This document shows, one piece after another, positions 1-13,567 of a stretch of DNA of 64,000 nt. The notes under the pieces were generated by a model. That model was not told the DNA's origin, did not search any database, and was given only the letters and a program-made list of their open reading frames with translations. The DNA is from the human T2T-CHM13v2.0 reference genome, Homo sapiens: NCBI RefSeq assembly GCF_009914755.1, contig NC_060937.1. One strand, given 5' to 3'. The translations under genes were made by a program, and so were the position numbers. Position 1 is the stretch's first letter; each line of letters begins with the position of its first letter.

Positions 1-171
1 CACTCACCACAACCTCTGCCTCCCGGGTTCAAGCAATTCTTCTGCCTCAGCCTCCTGAGTAGCTGGGATTACAGGCATGTGCCACCATGCCTGGCTAAAT
101 TTGTATTTTTAGTAGAGACGGGGTTTCTTCATGTTGGCCAGGCTGGTCTCGAACTCCCTACCTCAGGTGAT
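1..171 (-). mobile_element. Alu (AluS-like) fragment
   Basis: cctcccgggttcaagcaattct...gtagagacggggtttc...cctcaggtgat. Confidence 0.93.
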
Positions 172-900
172 ACAATTGCATTGTATTACATTGTATGGAT
201 GAATTAGAATTCATTTAACTTGTCCTCTTTTGCTATTTGCCCTTTTCCCTAATATTTGTAATTATAAGCAATGCTTTGGTTTGTAACACTGGGCACAGGT
301 TGTTTTGCATGTGTGCGGTTCCAACAGTAGGGTAACTCCCAGCTGCTCAGTTGTTGCTTTGCCACTCTAGATGCTTGGCCAGTTTCTACTCCCATCAGCC
401 TCACATGAAAAGTTCTGTTACCCCATTCTTGTTCTGTCCACCAAAGATGAAAATGATATCTCATACTTTTGATTTTATATTTATCTGATAAGTGGTTAAT
501 ATGTCTAAATATAATTTGTGTCTTTTCTGTTAACTATGTTCTCTTCCCTTCTTTTGTAGGAGCTCTTTCCTTATAGAAATTGGCTCTTTGCCTAATAGGT
601 GACTTGATATGTGTGTGTGTGTCAGTTTGTGTTTTGTTTTCTATGAAAAACTTAAAAACTTTTTATCTAGTTGAGTTTATTTTTTCTTTTATGATTTCTG
701 GGTTTTGTATTACAAAAATTTTTCTCATTCCTAGAGTACAAAAATTATCCTAGTTTCTTTAGGTTATTTTGTGGATTCACATGCTTTAAAATCATCCATC
801 TATCTGGAATAATTTAAGTGTGAGGCATGAGCAACGGGTCTATTTTAACTGTTGAGAAGTCTTAGGATTTGTCTTGATAGACAACCACCCAGGTGAATTC
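172..900 (-). mobile_element. Old degraded L1M fragment
   Basis: Degenerate antisense L1 3'/ORF2-like phrases (aaatgatatctcat, atccatctatctggaat). Boundaries approximate. Confidence 0.55.
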
Positions 901-1059
901 ACCTTTTTTTTCATGATCTACTGGGCAGATACTACAAATCATCTACTTGATACTCTCATTGCTTTCCATCTGAACCTTGACATTTATGAGAATGTTAGTA
1001 AATCCAGATGAAAATATGTGTCTTCCCAGACACCCTTGCTGCTTGGGGTGGCCATGTGT

Positions 1060-1365
1060 CCCAGAGGACCACTGAGTGTATCTTCCAGGAGAGCTATTGC
1101 CTTGCCGGTAAAGAGGGACAGGCTGCTGGCATAACCCTTTAATCTTACCCTTTCTCTCTTTTCCTATTTGGATGAGGGTGTGAGGAGCAGATGTCCAACA
1201 GCTACCTTGCAACCCTGAGGCAACAAAGCATGCAGATAAAGGCCATTATACTGAGGATGGACCTGGGACCCTGAGGACATTTTGGGACTGGTCTTTAGCT
1301 GTGGATTTCTTGCTGCTTAGAACAAAATCATCTTCAAGCCACTTTTAACTAGGTTTTCAATTATT
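1060..1365. mobile_element. Ancient MaLR/ERVL LTR fragment (MLT1J/K-like)
   Basis: ccttgcaaccctgaggcaacaaagcatg...gaggatgg...ttcaagccactttt...ggtttt. Confidence 0.5.
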
Positions 1366-2724
1366 TTCTCACCTTATGTGTCCATAAAGGATGTACCATC
1401 TTTATTATATACTGTTTATACTGTAATTTAAAAAGTATTTTTTTCTGATTATGAAGGAAATAATGCTTATTGAGAAAAATCCAGAATTGGCTGAAAAGCA
1501 TACAGAAAAATAATAGCCACTCATAATCTTGTAACTGTTACAACCAGTTTTGTATGTATGTTTTAAAGCTTTGACATCTTTTTCTGTGATCTCAGTTTAT
1601 TTGCTATTATAGTTAGCTGTTTCTTAAATATACTGAAGGACTCACTGGTAAATCAAACTAACTGAGGAATTTAAATCATAGTTCTAGTTTCTTCTTTGGC
1701 TTTTAGTCATTTTAAACTTTCAACTGAATTTTTTCAGAAATAAAAACTTTCTCTCAAAGTGGTGTATTCATTATCAAGTCACAATTTCATAAATTTGAAT
1801 ACATGACTTAATGTCCATTTATTCCTTGGAATATTTGTTTGCAAATTTAAATAGAGAACAATAGAAGACAGTGACTTTAACAAAACTTACATTTGTACTC
1901 TTAAAGAAAACAATGCTTAAACACATCTGAAATGAACAATATTGTGGATCAGTGTTTCTAGCTTCCAAAAGTATATTGACTGACTCCAGTTTAGGAAACA
2001 TTTATTCATCCTTAAAAATATCTTCCAGTTTGAATTAACATTGCAAAAGAATTGCTTTTGGCTTGATAACTTGTAAAAAGTTTAGTAGGATTATCATCAA
2101 ATGAAAATACCATGTTAAAAAAAATTCCTAGCGTTTGTGAGCTGTCAAGAAAATTGCTGTGGATTGTGCTTTCAGAAACATTTCTATGGATGTTGTGAAT
2201 TTTATAGAAAAATATAATTGAAGTAAAAACACTTGTGAAAAAAGTTCCAACTTCTGGCAGTAGAGGTCAGAATGCTCCCGTGTGTTGGGAAACTCAAAGC
2301 AGAAGGGGACATAAAATGGAAGAATGCAACTAAATGGAAGGACTGAATTTGTAGTTTTTATTCTTAATATTTTGACCTTTTCCAAATAGGACTTGAGAGT
2401 TTGGGAATACACAAAATTACAGTGGAATACAATGGTGTCTCAAATCATTTATGTTATCACTTGGGTATTAGCCTAGTTTTTGAAAGAGAAATCCTGCTCA
2501 AAGGAAATGAAAAAGTATTATTTGAACAATATTCTGGTTATAGTAATGGAATAGTGGTATCCAATCTTTAAAAAATAGAGACTTAATTGTAAAGAAAATA
2601 CAAGTGATATCTTGTTGAAATTACTGGATTAAATCTGCCAGCAAATAGCTTGTAGTGAGCATATTGTTTCGGAGTCAGTTTCAGTTTCCTAGTCCTGTTA
2701 TTTGTAATTTTAGCTTCAGGTTAA

Positions 2725-3130
<406 letters not shown>

Positions 3131-3577
3131 TAGGTCTCATGATTATAAAATATTTTTATGAAATAATATTTACATAAACTTGTAGAAAATTGGGCTTCAT
3201 TTTTTGATGCACATTTTTTTCTCCTCCTCTTAGCATTTTGTTTGTTTTGTTTTGTTCCAAGAAGAAACTAAGCACTCTTTAGGAAGCTGCTCTCTCTCCT
3301 GTGGTATTGGTGGAATTCTGAACCAACAAGACAAATCCTAAGACTTCTTTATTGCAGGCATGTGGGTGAACTTTCTGAGACAGAGCTCTGTATCTAAATG
3401 TTACCCAGTCATTCATTGTAAAATGCTTTTTTTGAACAAAGAATGAGAGTTACTTATTTAGTTGAAGGAGTTGGCCAGTGAGACATGATGCTTGTAAAAC
3501 ATAAAATTGAAGAACATTTTATAAATTGCCCCCTGGATGGAAAATGTCTCCTCCTTGTAAAACGCGTGCACGAGCGT

Positions 3578-3578
<1 letters not shown>

Positions 3579-3607
<29 letters not shown>
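3579..3607. repeat. (CA)n microsatellite
   Basis: Seen directly. Confidence 0.95.
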
Positions 3608-3611
<4 letters not shown>

Positions 3612-5332
3612 TATACACGATGCATCTTAGATGAAGCAAAGTCATAATTAAAATATGTGGGGAAATTTTGTAATTGTTCCCTAAAACTGCACGTTTGTAA
3701 AAGACTCTATGTGTTACTAATGAATATGTATATATGTGTATTTAGGATGTTAGATGTAGTCACATTGCTGTTGAAAGTATCCTTAGCATCCTGCCTGGAG
3801 CGTAGTAGATGTTCACTAAATGTTGGTTGAGTAGATGAATAAAATTATGCTGTTATTGCTCTACATAAGAGTTACTGCTCTTTTTCCACTTGCCAGTGGA
3901 AAAAGAAATTATGCTGTCAAGTATAACATATTAATTATTTAAGTATGTGCCTCTCTCCGGATTCAGTATTTGTCTGACTTAATCAATTAACAGTAACTGT
4001 TCTACTCATTAATCTCTATGATTGTTAATATAACTATAGATAACAAAAAAAGATTTTTCAAAGCTCGCCCTTCTATATCTAAGTTATATACGAGCACTCC
4101 AAGCCGGCTCCTTTACATTAATCTGAATAACTTGTAAGTGTCTTTGCAGGGAGGAATGAACCTTCTAAGCAATGTGGTAGGTAATGTAACACCGGGGTGG
4201 AGAGCAAGAATTTGTTAGGTGTTGATTCTGTTTTGAATTCTGTGAATGTCTCTCTCTTTGTATCAATCCACACCTGAAGATTAGTTTGTTCTCCTCTGAA
4301 TAAGACGTTCATTATTTAATGCATTCCATAGCCACTACCAATTGAATGTGAAATTCAAACCTCGTTTCACTAGCTAACAAAGATGAGAAGGCATTGCATT
4401 ATTAACAAAGCTTTTAGCCACTAAGAGGAGTGCTACGTAAATAAGTTGAGGATAACCCCCTCCCAACTATTTTTTAAACAAAAACAGTGATTCAGGGGTA
4501 GTATACGGTGGCAGTTCTTTGATGATTGCACATAAGGCATTCCTAGTGGGCTTTTTACCTATCGAATGTTCCAAATTGTAACTTGGAATTACAGCTTTAC
4601 AGATTTAAGTCTGTAATTGAAAGCTTTTAATATAAAAGCTATGAAGTTTTACTTTTGGATCAGATCCTAGTAGTACAAATTTATTTTGAACAACTTTTCT
4701 TTTTTAAAAAAAGGCTTTTAAGACCTTATTTATGATATGGAATGAACCCAAGTATTTTTTCCCCTAGGATTTATTCTTCACAATTTTGTTTAACTCAGAG
4801 AGACAGAGCTGGCTGTGTATACATTAGCATTAGTAATGAATGGCATATTTGGGGTGATGGCCTGGATGCTGGACAGAGGAAAGGACCATGGACCATCCTC
4901 TACAAAAATCTACTCTAATACTTTTGACTAAGTGGAGTTTTATTTACTTTATGGTTTCTAAAATTGCAATTATTGTCTGGAAGAGCTAACCTTTGACATT
5001 TAATTCTTACTGATATCTATAAGTAGAATTTGAGTAAACTGAAGATCTGTCATATATTGCTGTTTATAAGCTATATCATATTTAGAAATTAATTTCTTCA
5101 ACAGATATTTGAGTACCTACTGGCTAAAAAAGCCAGTGACTTTTCTACGTGTTTGGGATATTTTAGCGAAAATATCAGACAAATATATGGAATGACTAAT
5201 ACATGTGAAGTTACATAATCCAGCCAAATACATAATCCAGCCAAATTTCCTAAATTGGAAATGAGTGAAATTTAGGAAATAAGCTAGATTTCTTGTGCGT
5301 CCCAATAGAAGTCTTTGTATTTGTCCTGTAGC

Positions 5333-6161
5333 TTTTTTTTTTTTTTATTATACTTTAAGTTCTAGGGTACATGTGCACAATGTGCAGGTTTGTTACATAT
5401 GTATACATGTGCCATGTTGGTGTGCTGCACCCATTAACTCGTCATTTAACATTAGGTATATCTCCTAATGCTATCCCTCCCCCCTCCCCCCACCCCACAA
5501 CAGTCCCCGGTGTGTGATGTTCCCCTTCTTGTGTCCATGTGTTCTCATTGTTCAATTCCCACCTATGAGTGAGAACATGCAGTGTTTGGTTTTTTGTCCT
5601 TGCGATAGTTTGCTGAGAATGATGGTTTCCAGCTTCATCCATGTCCCTACAAATGACATGAACTCATCATTTTTTATGCCTGTATAGTATTCCATGGTGT
5701 ATATGTGCCACATTTTCTTAATCCAGTCTATCATTGTTGGACATTTGGCTTGGTTCCAAGTCTTTGCTATTGTGAATAGTGCCACAATAAACATATGTGT
5801 GCATGTGTCTTTATAGCAGCATGATTTATAATCCTTTGGGTATATACCCAGTAATGGGATTGCTGGGTCAAATGATATTTCTAGTTCTAGATCCCTGAGG
5901 AATCGTCACACTGACTTCCACAATGGTTGAACTAGTTTACAGTCCCACCACCAGTGTGAAAGTGTTCTATTTCTCCATATCCTCTCCAGCACCTGTTGTT
6001 TCCTGACTTTTTAATGATCACCATTCTAACTGGTGTGAGACGGTATCTCATTGTGGTTTTGATTTGCATTTCTGTGATGGCCAGTGATGAGCATTTTTTC
6101 ATGTGTCTTTTGGCTGCACAAATATCTTCTTTTGAGAAGTGTCTGTTCATATCCTTCGCCC
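5333..6161 (-). mobile_element. 5'-truncated L1PA (PA4/5-like) 3' end
   Basis: Poly-T, L1 3'UTR and ORF2 C-terminal peptides. TSD tgtcctgtagcttt / tgtcctatagcttt. Confidence 0.95.
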
Positions 6162-7139
6162 TGTCCTATAGCTTTATTTTGGGGGAAAGTTTCCAAATGG
6201 GGCTCTGTGAGCAAAGCTCTCAGATGGTGATGGTGGCCCTTGAGAGATGGGGACAGGATTTACAGAGCAGGTGCCTTTTCTGGGATGCTCAGAATTTCTG
6301 CCTGCTTCTCCCTCACACCTCTTCGGTGAGACCAGCTCTCCTCCTCTCAGTGTACACATAGGAATCCAGCACAGTGTTTCTTTAAAAATAATGTTCTAGT
6401 CTAGGTTCCAAATGGAGTGATAAATGTCAGAAAATGATAAATAATTTTTTTTCTGTTTGAAATTTGCCATAAATACAAGCGTTTTAGATGTTCCATGATT
6501 AACGTTTGTTTTAAGAGTGATCTGTGTTCCTCTGAATTTAATTTCTTTCTTGTCTTTCCAGCTAGGTGAAACTGTTCATGACAGGAAGCAGATGATTATC
6601 TGAAATCCATAGCTCTCTTAGAATTGGAAGTTTGGAAAAGACCTTAGTATCTGGTTATTTGATCATGTTTGTTGTGCTCAGCGTCTCCAGTGATAAAGCC
6701 TTCTTTTCCTTTGTTCACAGCTACTTCTGTCTTTATCACATACTAGGTTCAGTCTTCCAGAGTCCAGAATTCATTGTTTTTTCCCCCCTTTCTTTTCATG
6801 ACACAGAATATTTCATTCAGAACACATATATAGAGCACCTTGTATATAAGAAACATTGTACTTTAGTGACAGATTAAAATAGACTAGCTGCATGTGTTGC
6901 TCAGTTTTATAGATGCTTCCATGTTACAAATATTTACTGTCTTCTATATCACAGTGCTTTGCAAGGTTGCACCTATAATGATGACCCCAAAACTGCCATG
7001 TTTCATGTGTCTCACTCATCCAGAGGCAATAGGCTGAGAGCGGCAGTTCCAGAAGGTGCCTATACTTCTGTCTTCATAGCCAGAGTTGCTGAAACTTGGA
7101 AACGAGTAAGACTCAGATGAAAAAATGGCGGAAGGGTGT

Positions 7140-7305
7140 TTTAGCTTTTGCCATGATAATGCTGCATAACATTTTTGGACCACCTGCATCAGAATCATCT
7201 AAAATGCTTATTAAACTGCAGATTCCTGGCTCCTACCCTGGACACACTGACCTAAGAATGGAGGCAGAGGTGGGAATCTAAAGTATTAACAAATAGTCCT
7301 GATGA
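7140..7305. mobile_element. MER5A (hAT-Charlie), left part; resumes at 7571-7585 and about 9021-9056
   Basis: cacctgcatcagaatcatct...tgcagattcctggc...gggaatct; remainder gtgattct ... aatgctcagcaaagttt. Confidence 0.7.
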
Positions 7306-7570
7306 CCTGTCACCCAGGCTAGGGTGCAGTGGTGTGATCACAGCTCACTGCAGCCTTGACCTCCTGGACTTAAGTGATCCTCCTGCCTCAACCCCCACCA
7401 GTTGCTGGGACTGTAGGCATGTGCCACCACATTCAGTTAATTTTTGTATTTTTTGTAGAAATGCAGTTTGCCATGTTTTCCAGGCTGATCTTGAATTCCT
7501 GGACCCAAGTGATCCGCCTGCCTTGGCCTCTCAAAGTGCTGGGATTACAGGTGTGAGCTACCACACCCTG
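7306..7570 (-). mobile_element. AluJ lacking its A-tail
   Basis: AluJ diagnostics (gatcacagctcactgcagccttgacc). Flanked by agtcctgatga / agtcctggtga. Confidence 0.9.
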
Positions 7571-7585
7571 CAGTCCTGGTGATTC

Positions 7586-9020
7586 TTTTTTAAAAAAATT
7601 TTTATTTTATTTTAAGTTCCAGGATACATGTGCAGAATGTGCAGGTTTGTTACATAGGTAAACGTGTGCCATGGTAGTTTGCTGCACCTATCAACTTATC
7701 ACCTAAGTATTAAGCCCAGCATGCGTTAACTATTTTTCCTGACGATCTCCCTCCCACAGGCCCCAGTATGTGTTGTTCCCCTCCCTGTGTCCATGTGTTC
7801 TCATTGTTCAGCTCCCACTTGTAAGTGAGAACATGCGGTGTTCAGTTTTCTATTCCTGTGTTAGTTTGCTGAGGATAATGGCTTCCAGCTCTATCCATGT
7901 CCCTGCAAAGGGCATGATCTCGTTCCCTTTTGTGGTTGCACAGTATTCCATGGTGTATATGTACCACATTTTCTTTATCCAGTCTATCATTGATGGGCAT
8001 TTGGGTTGATTCCATGTCTTTGCTATTGTAAACAGTGCTGCAGTGAACATATGTGTGCATGTATCCTTATAATAGAATGATTTATCCTCCTTAGGCTGTA
8101 GACCCAGTAATGGGATTGCTGGTGAAATCATATTTCTGGTTCTAAGTCTTTGAGTAATTGCCACACTGTCTTCCACAGTGGTTGAACTAATTTACATTCC
8201 TTCCAACAGTGTAAAAGCATTCCTATTTCTCCACAGCCTTGACAGCATCTGTTGTTTCTTGACTTTTTTTTTTTTAATTTTACTTTAAGTTCTGGGGTCC
8301 ATGTGCAGAACGTGCAGTTTTATTACATAGGATACACGTGCTGTGGTGGTTTGCTGCACCCATCAACCCGTCACCTGTATTAGGTATTTCTCCTAATGCT
8401 ATCCCTCCCCTATCCCCCAACCCCTTGACAGGCCCCAGTGTGTGATGTTCCCCTCCCTGTGTCCATGTGTTCTCATTGTTCAACTCCCACTTATGAGTGA
8501 GAACATACGGTGTTAGGTTTTCTGTTCTCGTCATAGTCTTTACTTTTTAATAATTGCCATTTTGACTGGTATCTCATTGTGGTTTTGATTCGCATTTCGC
8601 TAATCATCAGTGAGTTGAGCTTTTTTCCTATGTTCATTGGCTGCATAAATGTCTTTTTTCGAGAAGTGTCTGTTCATGTCCTTTGCCCACTTTTTAATGA
8701 GGTTTTTTTTTTGTTGTAAATTTGTTTAAATTCCTTATAGATTCTGAATATTAGACCTTTGTCAGATGGATAATTGCAGAACTTTTCTCCCATTCTTTAG
8801 GTTGTCTGTTCACTCTGATGATAGCTTCTTTTGCTGTGCAGAAGCGCTTTAGTTTAATTAGATCCCATTTGCCAATTCTTACTTTTGTTGCAATTGCTTT
8901 CGATGTTTTTGCCATGAAATCTTTGCCCATGTCTATGTCCTGAATGGTATTGCCTAGATTTTCTTCTAGGATTTTTATAGTTTTGTGTTTTACATTTAAG
9001 TCTTTAATCCATCTTGAGTT
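7586..9020 (-). mobile_element. 5'-truncated L1PA (PA8-PA10-like) containing a nested L1
   Basis: L1 3'UTR and ORF2 C-terminal peptides ([19 protein letters not shown]). Confidence 0.92.
8268..8537 (-). mobile_element. Short L1PA7/8-like 3' end nested in the older L1
   Basis: A second poly-T plus L1 3' terminus. TSD-like tcttgacttttt / tctttacttttt. Confidence 0.88.
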
Positions 9021-9377
9021 ATTAATGCTCAGCAAAGTTTATGAGCTACTATCCTAAACTTCTGGTAATATCAGTTCAGATAATAGCAACATTTCTGGTA
9101 GCCATTTCATACTATCAACTCATCCTTTTAAATTGAAATATGATTTACAGTAAAATTTATCCTTTTTAGTATACTGAGTTCTGACAAATGCATACAATTA
9201 TGTAACTGTCAGTCCAACAGAATACAGCACTGTCCCATTACCCTCCCCCACCAAGTTTCTTTGTGCACCCTTTTGTAGTCAACTCTTCTCACTCTGTCGT
9301 CTTCCCTCTGCCCTGGCAACCCCTGATCTGCTTTTAGTCCTTATAGGTAACTGTAGTTTTGTCTTTTGGGGAATGTC

Positions 9378-9410
9378 ATGTATGTATGTATGTATGTGTA
9401 TATATATATG

Positions 9411-9441
<31 letters not shown>
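9378..9441. repeat. (TATG)n/(TA)n compound microsatellite
   Basis: Seen directly. Confidence 0.9.
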
Positions 9442-9967
9442 GGAATCTTATTATTTGTAGCCTTTTGAGTCTGGCTTCTTTCACTTAGCATAATGTATTT
9501 GAGACATATCCGTACTGTTGTTTCTATCATCAGTAAATCATATCTTTTTATAGCTGAGTAGTATTCCTTGCATGGATGTACCACAGTTTGTTAATCCATT
9601 TGAAGGAGATTTGGGTTGTTTCCAGTTTTTTGGAATTTTGAAGCTGTTATGAGCATTCATCCTACGGTTTTTATTTATCTGAGTAAATACTGAAGAGTGG
9701 GATTGATGGGGCATATGGAAAGTATATGCTAAAGTTTACAAGAAATAGATGAACTGCTTTCCACATTGGCCACAATGTTCTGCATTCCTACCAACAATGT
9801 ATGAGAGTTCTATTCTTCTACACCCTTGTCAGCACTTGCTATTTTGAGTTCTTAAAATTTTAGCCATTCTTAAAGGTAGTACTAATATGTTTGTAGGTAT
9901 GCAGTAGTGGTTTTAATCTGCATTTACCTAATGACTTAATTGTTAAGTTGGAGCACCTAGCATCCTC

Positions 9968-10339
9968 TGTTAGACATTAGGCCTTAGCTACTTCTTCATG
10001 AATTTCTGGATGTCAGGACAAATGGCACACAAAGTAAATAGCCAAAGATTCCCAGGAGAAGGGCTTGGATTTTGTCTGAAGTTAGGAGATGGGGAGAGGG
10101 TTGGTGGTTTGAAATTTTTATTGTGGTTAAGGGGTGGAGCCTGGATGGGGTGCCTCTTTTTTGCCACCCAGGATGGGTAGTTTGAAATTTCCATGAGTGC
10201 CAAGGGACAGATGGTATACATGGGCTTTCTTATCAGGTTGCCCAGATGTGGGGTAAAGAGGAAAGGGGAGGGTGGTGGCCTTGAAAGCTGTCAGAGGTCA
10301 ACATCAAAAACAGTCTTTATTTATTTATTTATGTTTACA
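9968..10339 (-). mobile_element. ERVL LTR fragment (MER54-like)
   Basis: ctttcttatcagg..cccagatgtggggtaaagagg...ttgaaagctgtcag..caacatcaaaaa resembles a recalled MER54-type LTR. Confidence 0.5.
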
Positions 10340-10745
10340 AAATCGCCTGAGAATACACTTCTCAGAAATATCCAGTCATTATGGGATGTATTACTGTACT
10401 TCTAGTCCATTTCATTGTTCATTTACCTTTGTTCCCCACACATCTTGACTCCTTAAAAGCAACGCATGTCATATGATTTTGCAAATCCAATGTTTACTAC
10501 AATAAGAGCCTAATAAATGTCCATTGAATTAATCCACAAGGCTTATACTAAAAATTGAGTCTTTTTATTATACTATTGACATTGAGCATATTCTCATGTG
10601 CTTATTTGCCATCTATGTATCTTCGATGAAGTGTCCAGATTATTTGTTTGCCCATCTTTTAAATTGGATTGCTTGAGAGTTCTATTTTCTAGATACAAGT
10701 CTTTTATCAGATATGTTTTGCAAACATTTACTTCCAGTGGTTTGA

Positions 10746-10873
10746 CTTTTTTTTTCTTTTTTTTTTTTTTGAGATGGAGTTCTGCTCTGTTGCCCAGGCT
10801 GGAGTGCAGTGGTGATTTCAGGTCATTGCAACCTCCACCTCCTGGGTTTAAGTGATTCTCCTGCCTCAGCCTC
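10746..10873 (-). mobile_element. 5'-truncated Alu (partial right arm)
   Basis: Poly-T then gagatggagt...ctgcctcagcctc. Confidence 0.9.
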
Positions 10874-11291
10874 TTAACAGTGCCTTTCAAAGAGTAAAAG
10901 TTTTAATTTGGATGAAATCCAGTTCATCTCTTTTCCCCTTCTATTGATTGTGCTTGTGGTTCATATCTAAGACATTTTTGCCTAGCCAAATATCACAAAT
11001 TTATTTCCAATATTATAAAACTTCTAAAAGTTTTATAGATTTGGATATTGCAATTAGGTCTAAGATACTTTTTGATTTATATTTGCATATGGTGGACAGT
11101 TTGAATTGAGGTTTACGTTGGTTTGCATATAGAAGTCCAGTTGTGTTCCAGCACCAATGATTATCATTCTTATTTAATACAGTCTCATCCTTATATTTTC
11201 CTTAGCAGATTTCTAGTCAGCTATGCCGTTGTTCTCCAGTACTTTTAAACCCAAGGGCAATATCTTAAGTATATACCTTGGCAATATGAAG

Positions 11292-11885
11292 TGTGAACCC
11301 AATAGTATCTGAGACAGGTCTCAATCAATTTAGGAAGTTTATTTTGCCAAGGTTAAGGACACAGCCTCAGGAGGTCCTGACATGTGCCCAAGGTGGTCAG
11401 GGTACAGCTTGCTTTTATATGTTTTAGGGAGATATACATCAATACATGTAAGATTTACATTGGTTCCATCTGGAAGTGTGACAACTCAGTGCAAGGGGGC
11501 TTCCAGCTTATAGGTTGATTAAAAATTTTTCTGATTGGCAATTTGTTGATAGAATTATTATCAATAAAAAGGAATGCCTGAATGATGATAAGGGATTGGG
11601 GAGACCAAGGTTTTATGCAGATGAAGCCTCCAGGTAGCAGGCTTCAGAGAGAATAAATTGTGAATATGTCTTATCAGAGTTAAGGTCTGGGTTGATGTTA
11701 ATGTTGGTCAGCTTTTCCTGAATTCCAAAAGGGAGGGGGGACAGAATGAGGCATCTGACCCCCACCTCCACTTCCCATCTTATCCTGAACTCGTTTTTCA
11801 GGTTAACTTTGCAATGCCCTTGGCTGAGGGAAGGGGTCCATTTAGATGGTTGGGGGCGGCCTTAGAATTTTATTTTTGGTGTACA
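11292..11885 (-). mobile_element. MER4A1-like ERV1 solo LTR
   Basis: TG...CA ends, GAAG TSD on both sides, MER4 motifs (cagcctcaggaggtcctgacatgtgcccaagg). Confidence 0.88.
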
Positions 11886-11930
11886 GAAGTACTGGAAAAG
11901 TGCTTTGTATCCCAACTTTGTCACCTTGAA

Positions 11931-12267
<337 letters not shown>

Positions 12268-12445
12268 TTACCATGAAAGGCAGAAAGCCTTTGGGAAGGA
12301 CATAGGAGTTGGCCAACCTTCTTAGGTAAATAGGGTTAAATAGAAGGAAAAATAGGGGGAGGCTTCGAAATCCTGTAACATAGCTAGAGAGTGGCAGGGC
12401 TGGAATTGAAACAGTTGTGTCTAACCCAAACCTTGTGCTTGTTGC

Positions 12446-12540
12446 TGTATACATATATACGTGTGTGTATATACGTATGTGTATATATGTGTGTGTGTGT
12501 ATATGTATATACATATATACACACACGCACATACACACAC
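12446..12540. repeat. (TA/TG/CA)n compound microsatellite
   Basis: Seen directly. Confidence 0.9.
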
Positions 12541-13567
12541 AGTTTGCTCAGCCCTACCAATGTTACTTTGTCTCTTTAAGGCAAGAGCCCTAATTTTCTC
12601 ACTTATAGTGATTTACACTTATGCCAGCTGTTAGATAATTGTAGCGGCCCCTTTAAGGTTTGATCTTCTATGGCATTGCGATTTGTTGGGTTAACTCTGG
12701 TGAATTCCGCCTATCTTTAGCTATTCAGTAAATTATTTTGTGAAAGCAGCAATACTGGAAACTGGAAATAATGTTTTCCATAACTTTCCAGTTGTTTATC
12801 ATCTAGGTGATTTTCCCAGAATTTGTTAGATAACATGAAAAGATTTCACCTGAGTATCTTTCGGTTTAGATTTTCCATGGAATTTGCTTTGATTTCATTT
12901 TGCATAGCAGATACTCAGTAAACATCCTGTAAGACTCAGACATGGACTTGGAGTAAGCTGGGTTTGCAGTTTCTGTGAACTGTGCTGGCCTCTGGGAATG
13001 AGGCTGCTATGCCACATATTTGAGTGTTCTTTACCCCTTCTGGCTAGAGTTGACTCATGTTTGTGTGAAGTGGAAGGAAACTAAAGCCTCATCCCACGCT
13101 TTTGTCTTCCAAAAGAATGCCAAAGAGAGAGACCAATTAAAAGATGAAAGCCTGGCAATGCATTTTAATCTTCTCATCTGCCCATCCTAAGCAGCCTCCA
13201 GGCCTTGTCAACAGGGGGAAGCACTTGAGCCTGTGGAATATTTGCTTGGATTTGTCCTGTGGAACTAACTGGTTACTCAGCTGCTCATTGTTTATACCAA
13301 ATGGCTGCCAAAGAACGTGTTGAAATGAAACCAGAGTTTCAGGCTTACCTTTGAATGCATAGCTCTCTGAGGCCTGGAATGGTGGCTGATAGACAAAAAA
13401 TTTGAAGAGTAAGAGAAGGTGGGAAAAGCCTGGACATATGAGATATATCCACGGGCCATAATTATGTACATGAAATGAGGGATGATAAATAGGGAGAAAA
13501 TGGCTACTCTTACATCAATTCACTGGGAAATGAAGACCAATCAAACCAAGGGTTTTTCATCCTACCT

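Larger units (their letters stand above)
9125..11160 (-). mobile_element. Old L1MB/L1MC 3' region, interrupted
   Basis: gtctggcttctttcacttagcataatg, gctgagtagtattcc, gttccagcacca. Boundaries approximate. Confidence 0.8.

Noticed and set aside
4519-4620. Box C/D snoRNA (TGATGA)
   Set aside because: The C box is imperfect and there is no terminal CTGA with a closing stem.
5212-5246. 17-bp tandem duplication (similar 20-bp one at about 34967-35003)
   Set aside because: Two-copy slippage duplications with no spacers; not an array or CRISPR.
6540-6660. Exon after the strong acceptor tttcttgtctttccAG
   Set aside because: No convincing donor follows and the frames are not LMO7-like.
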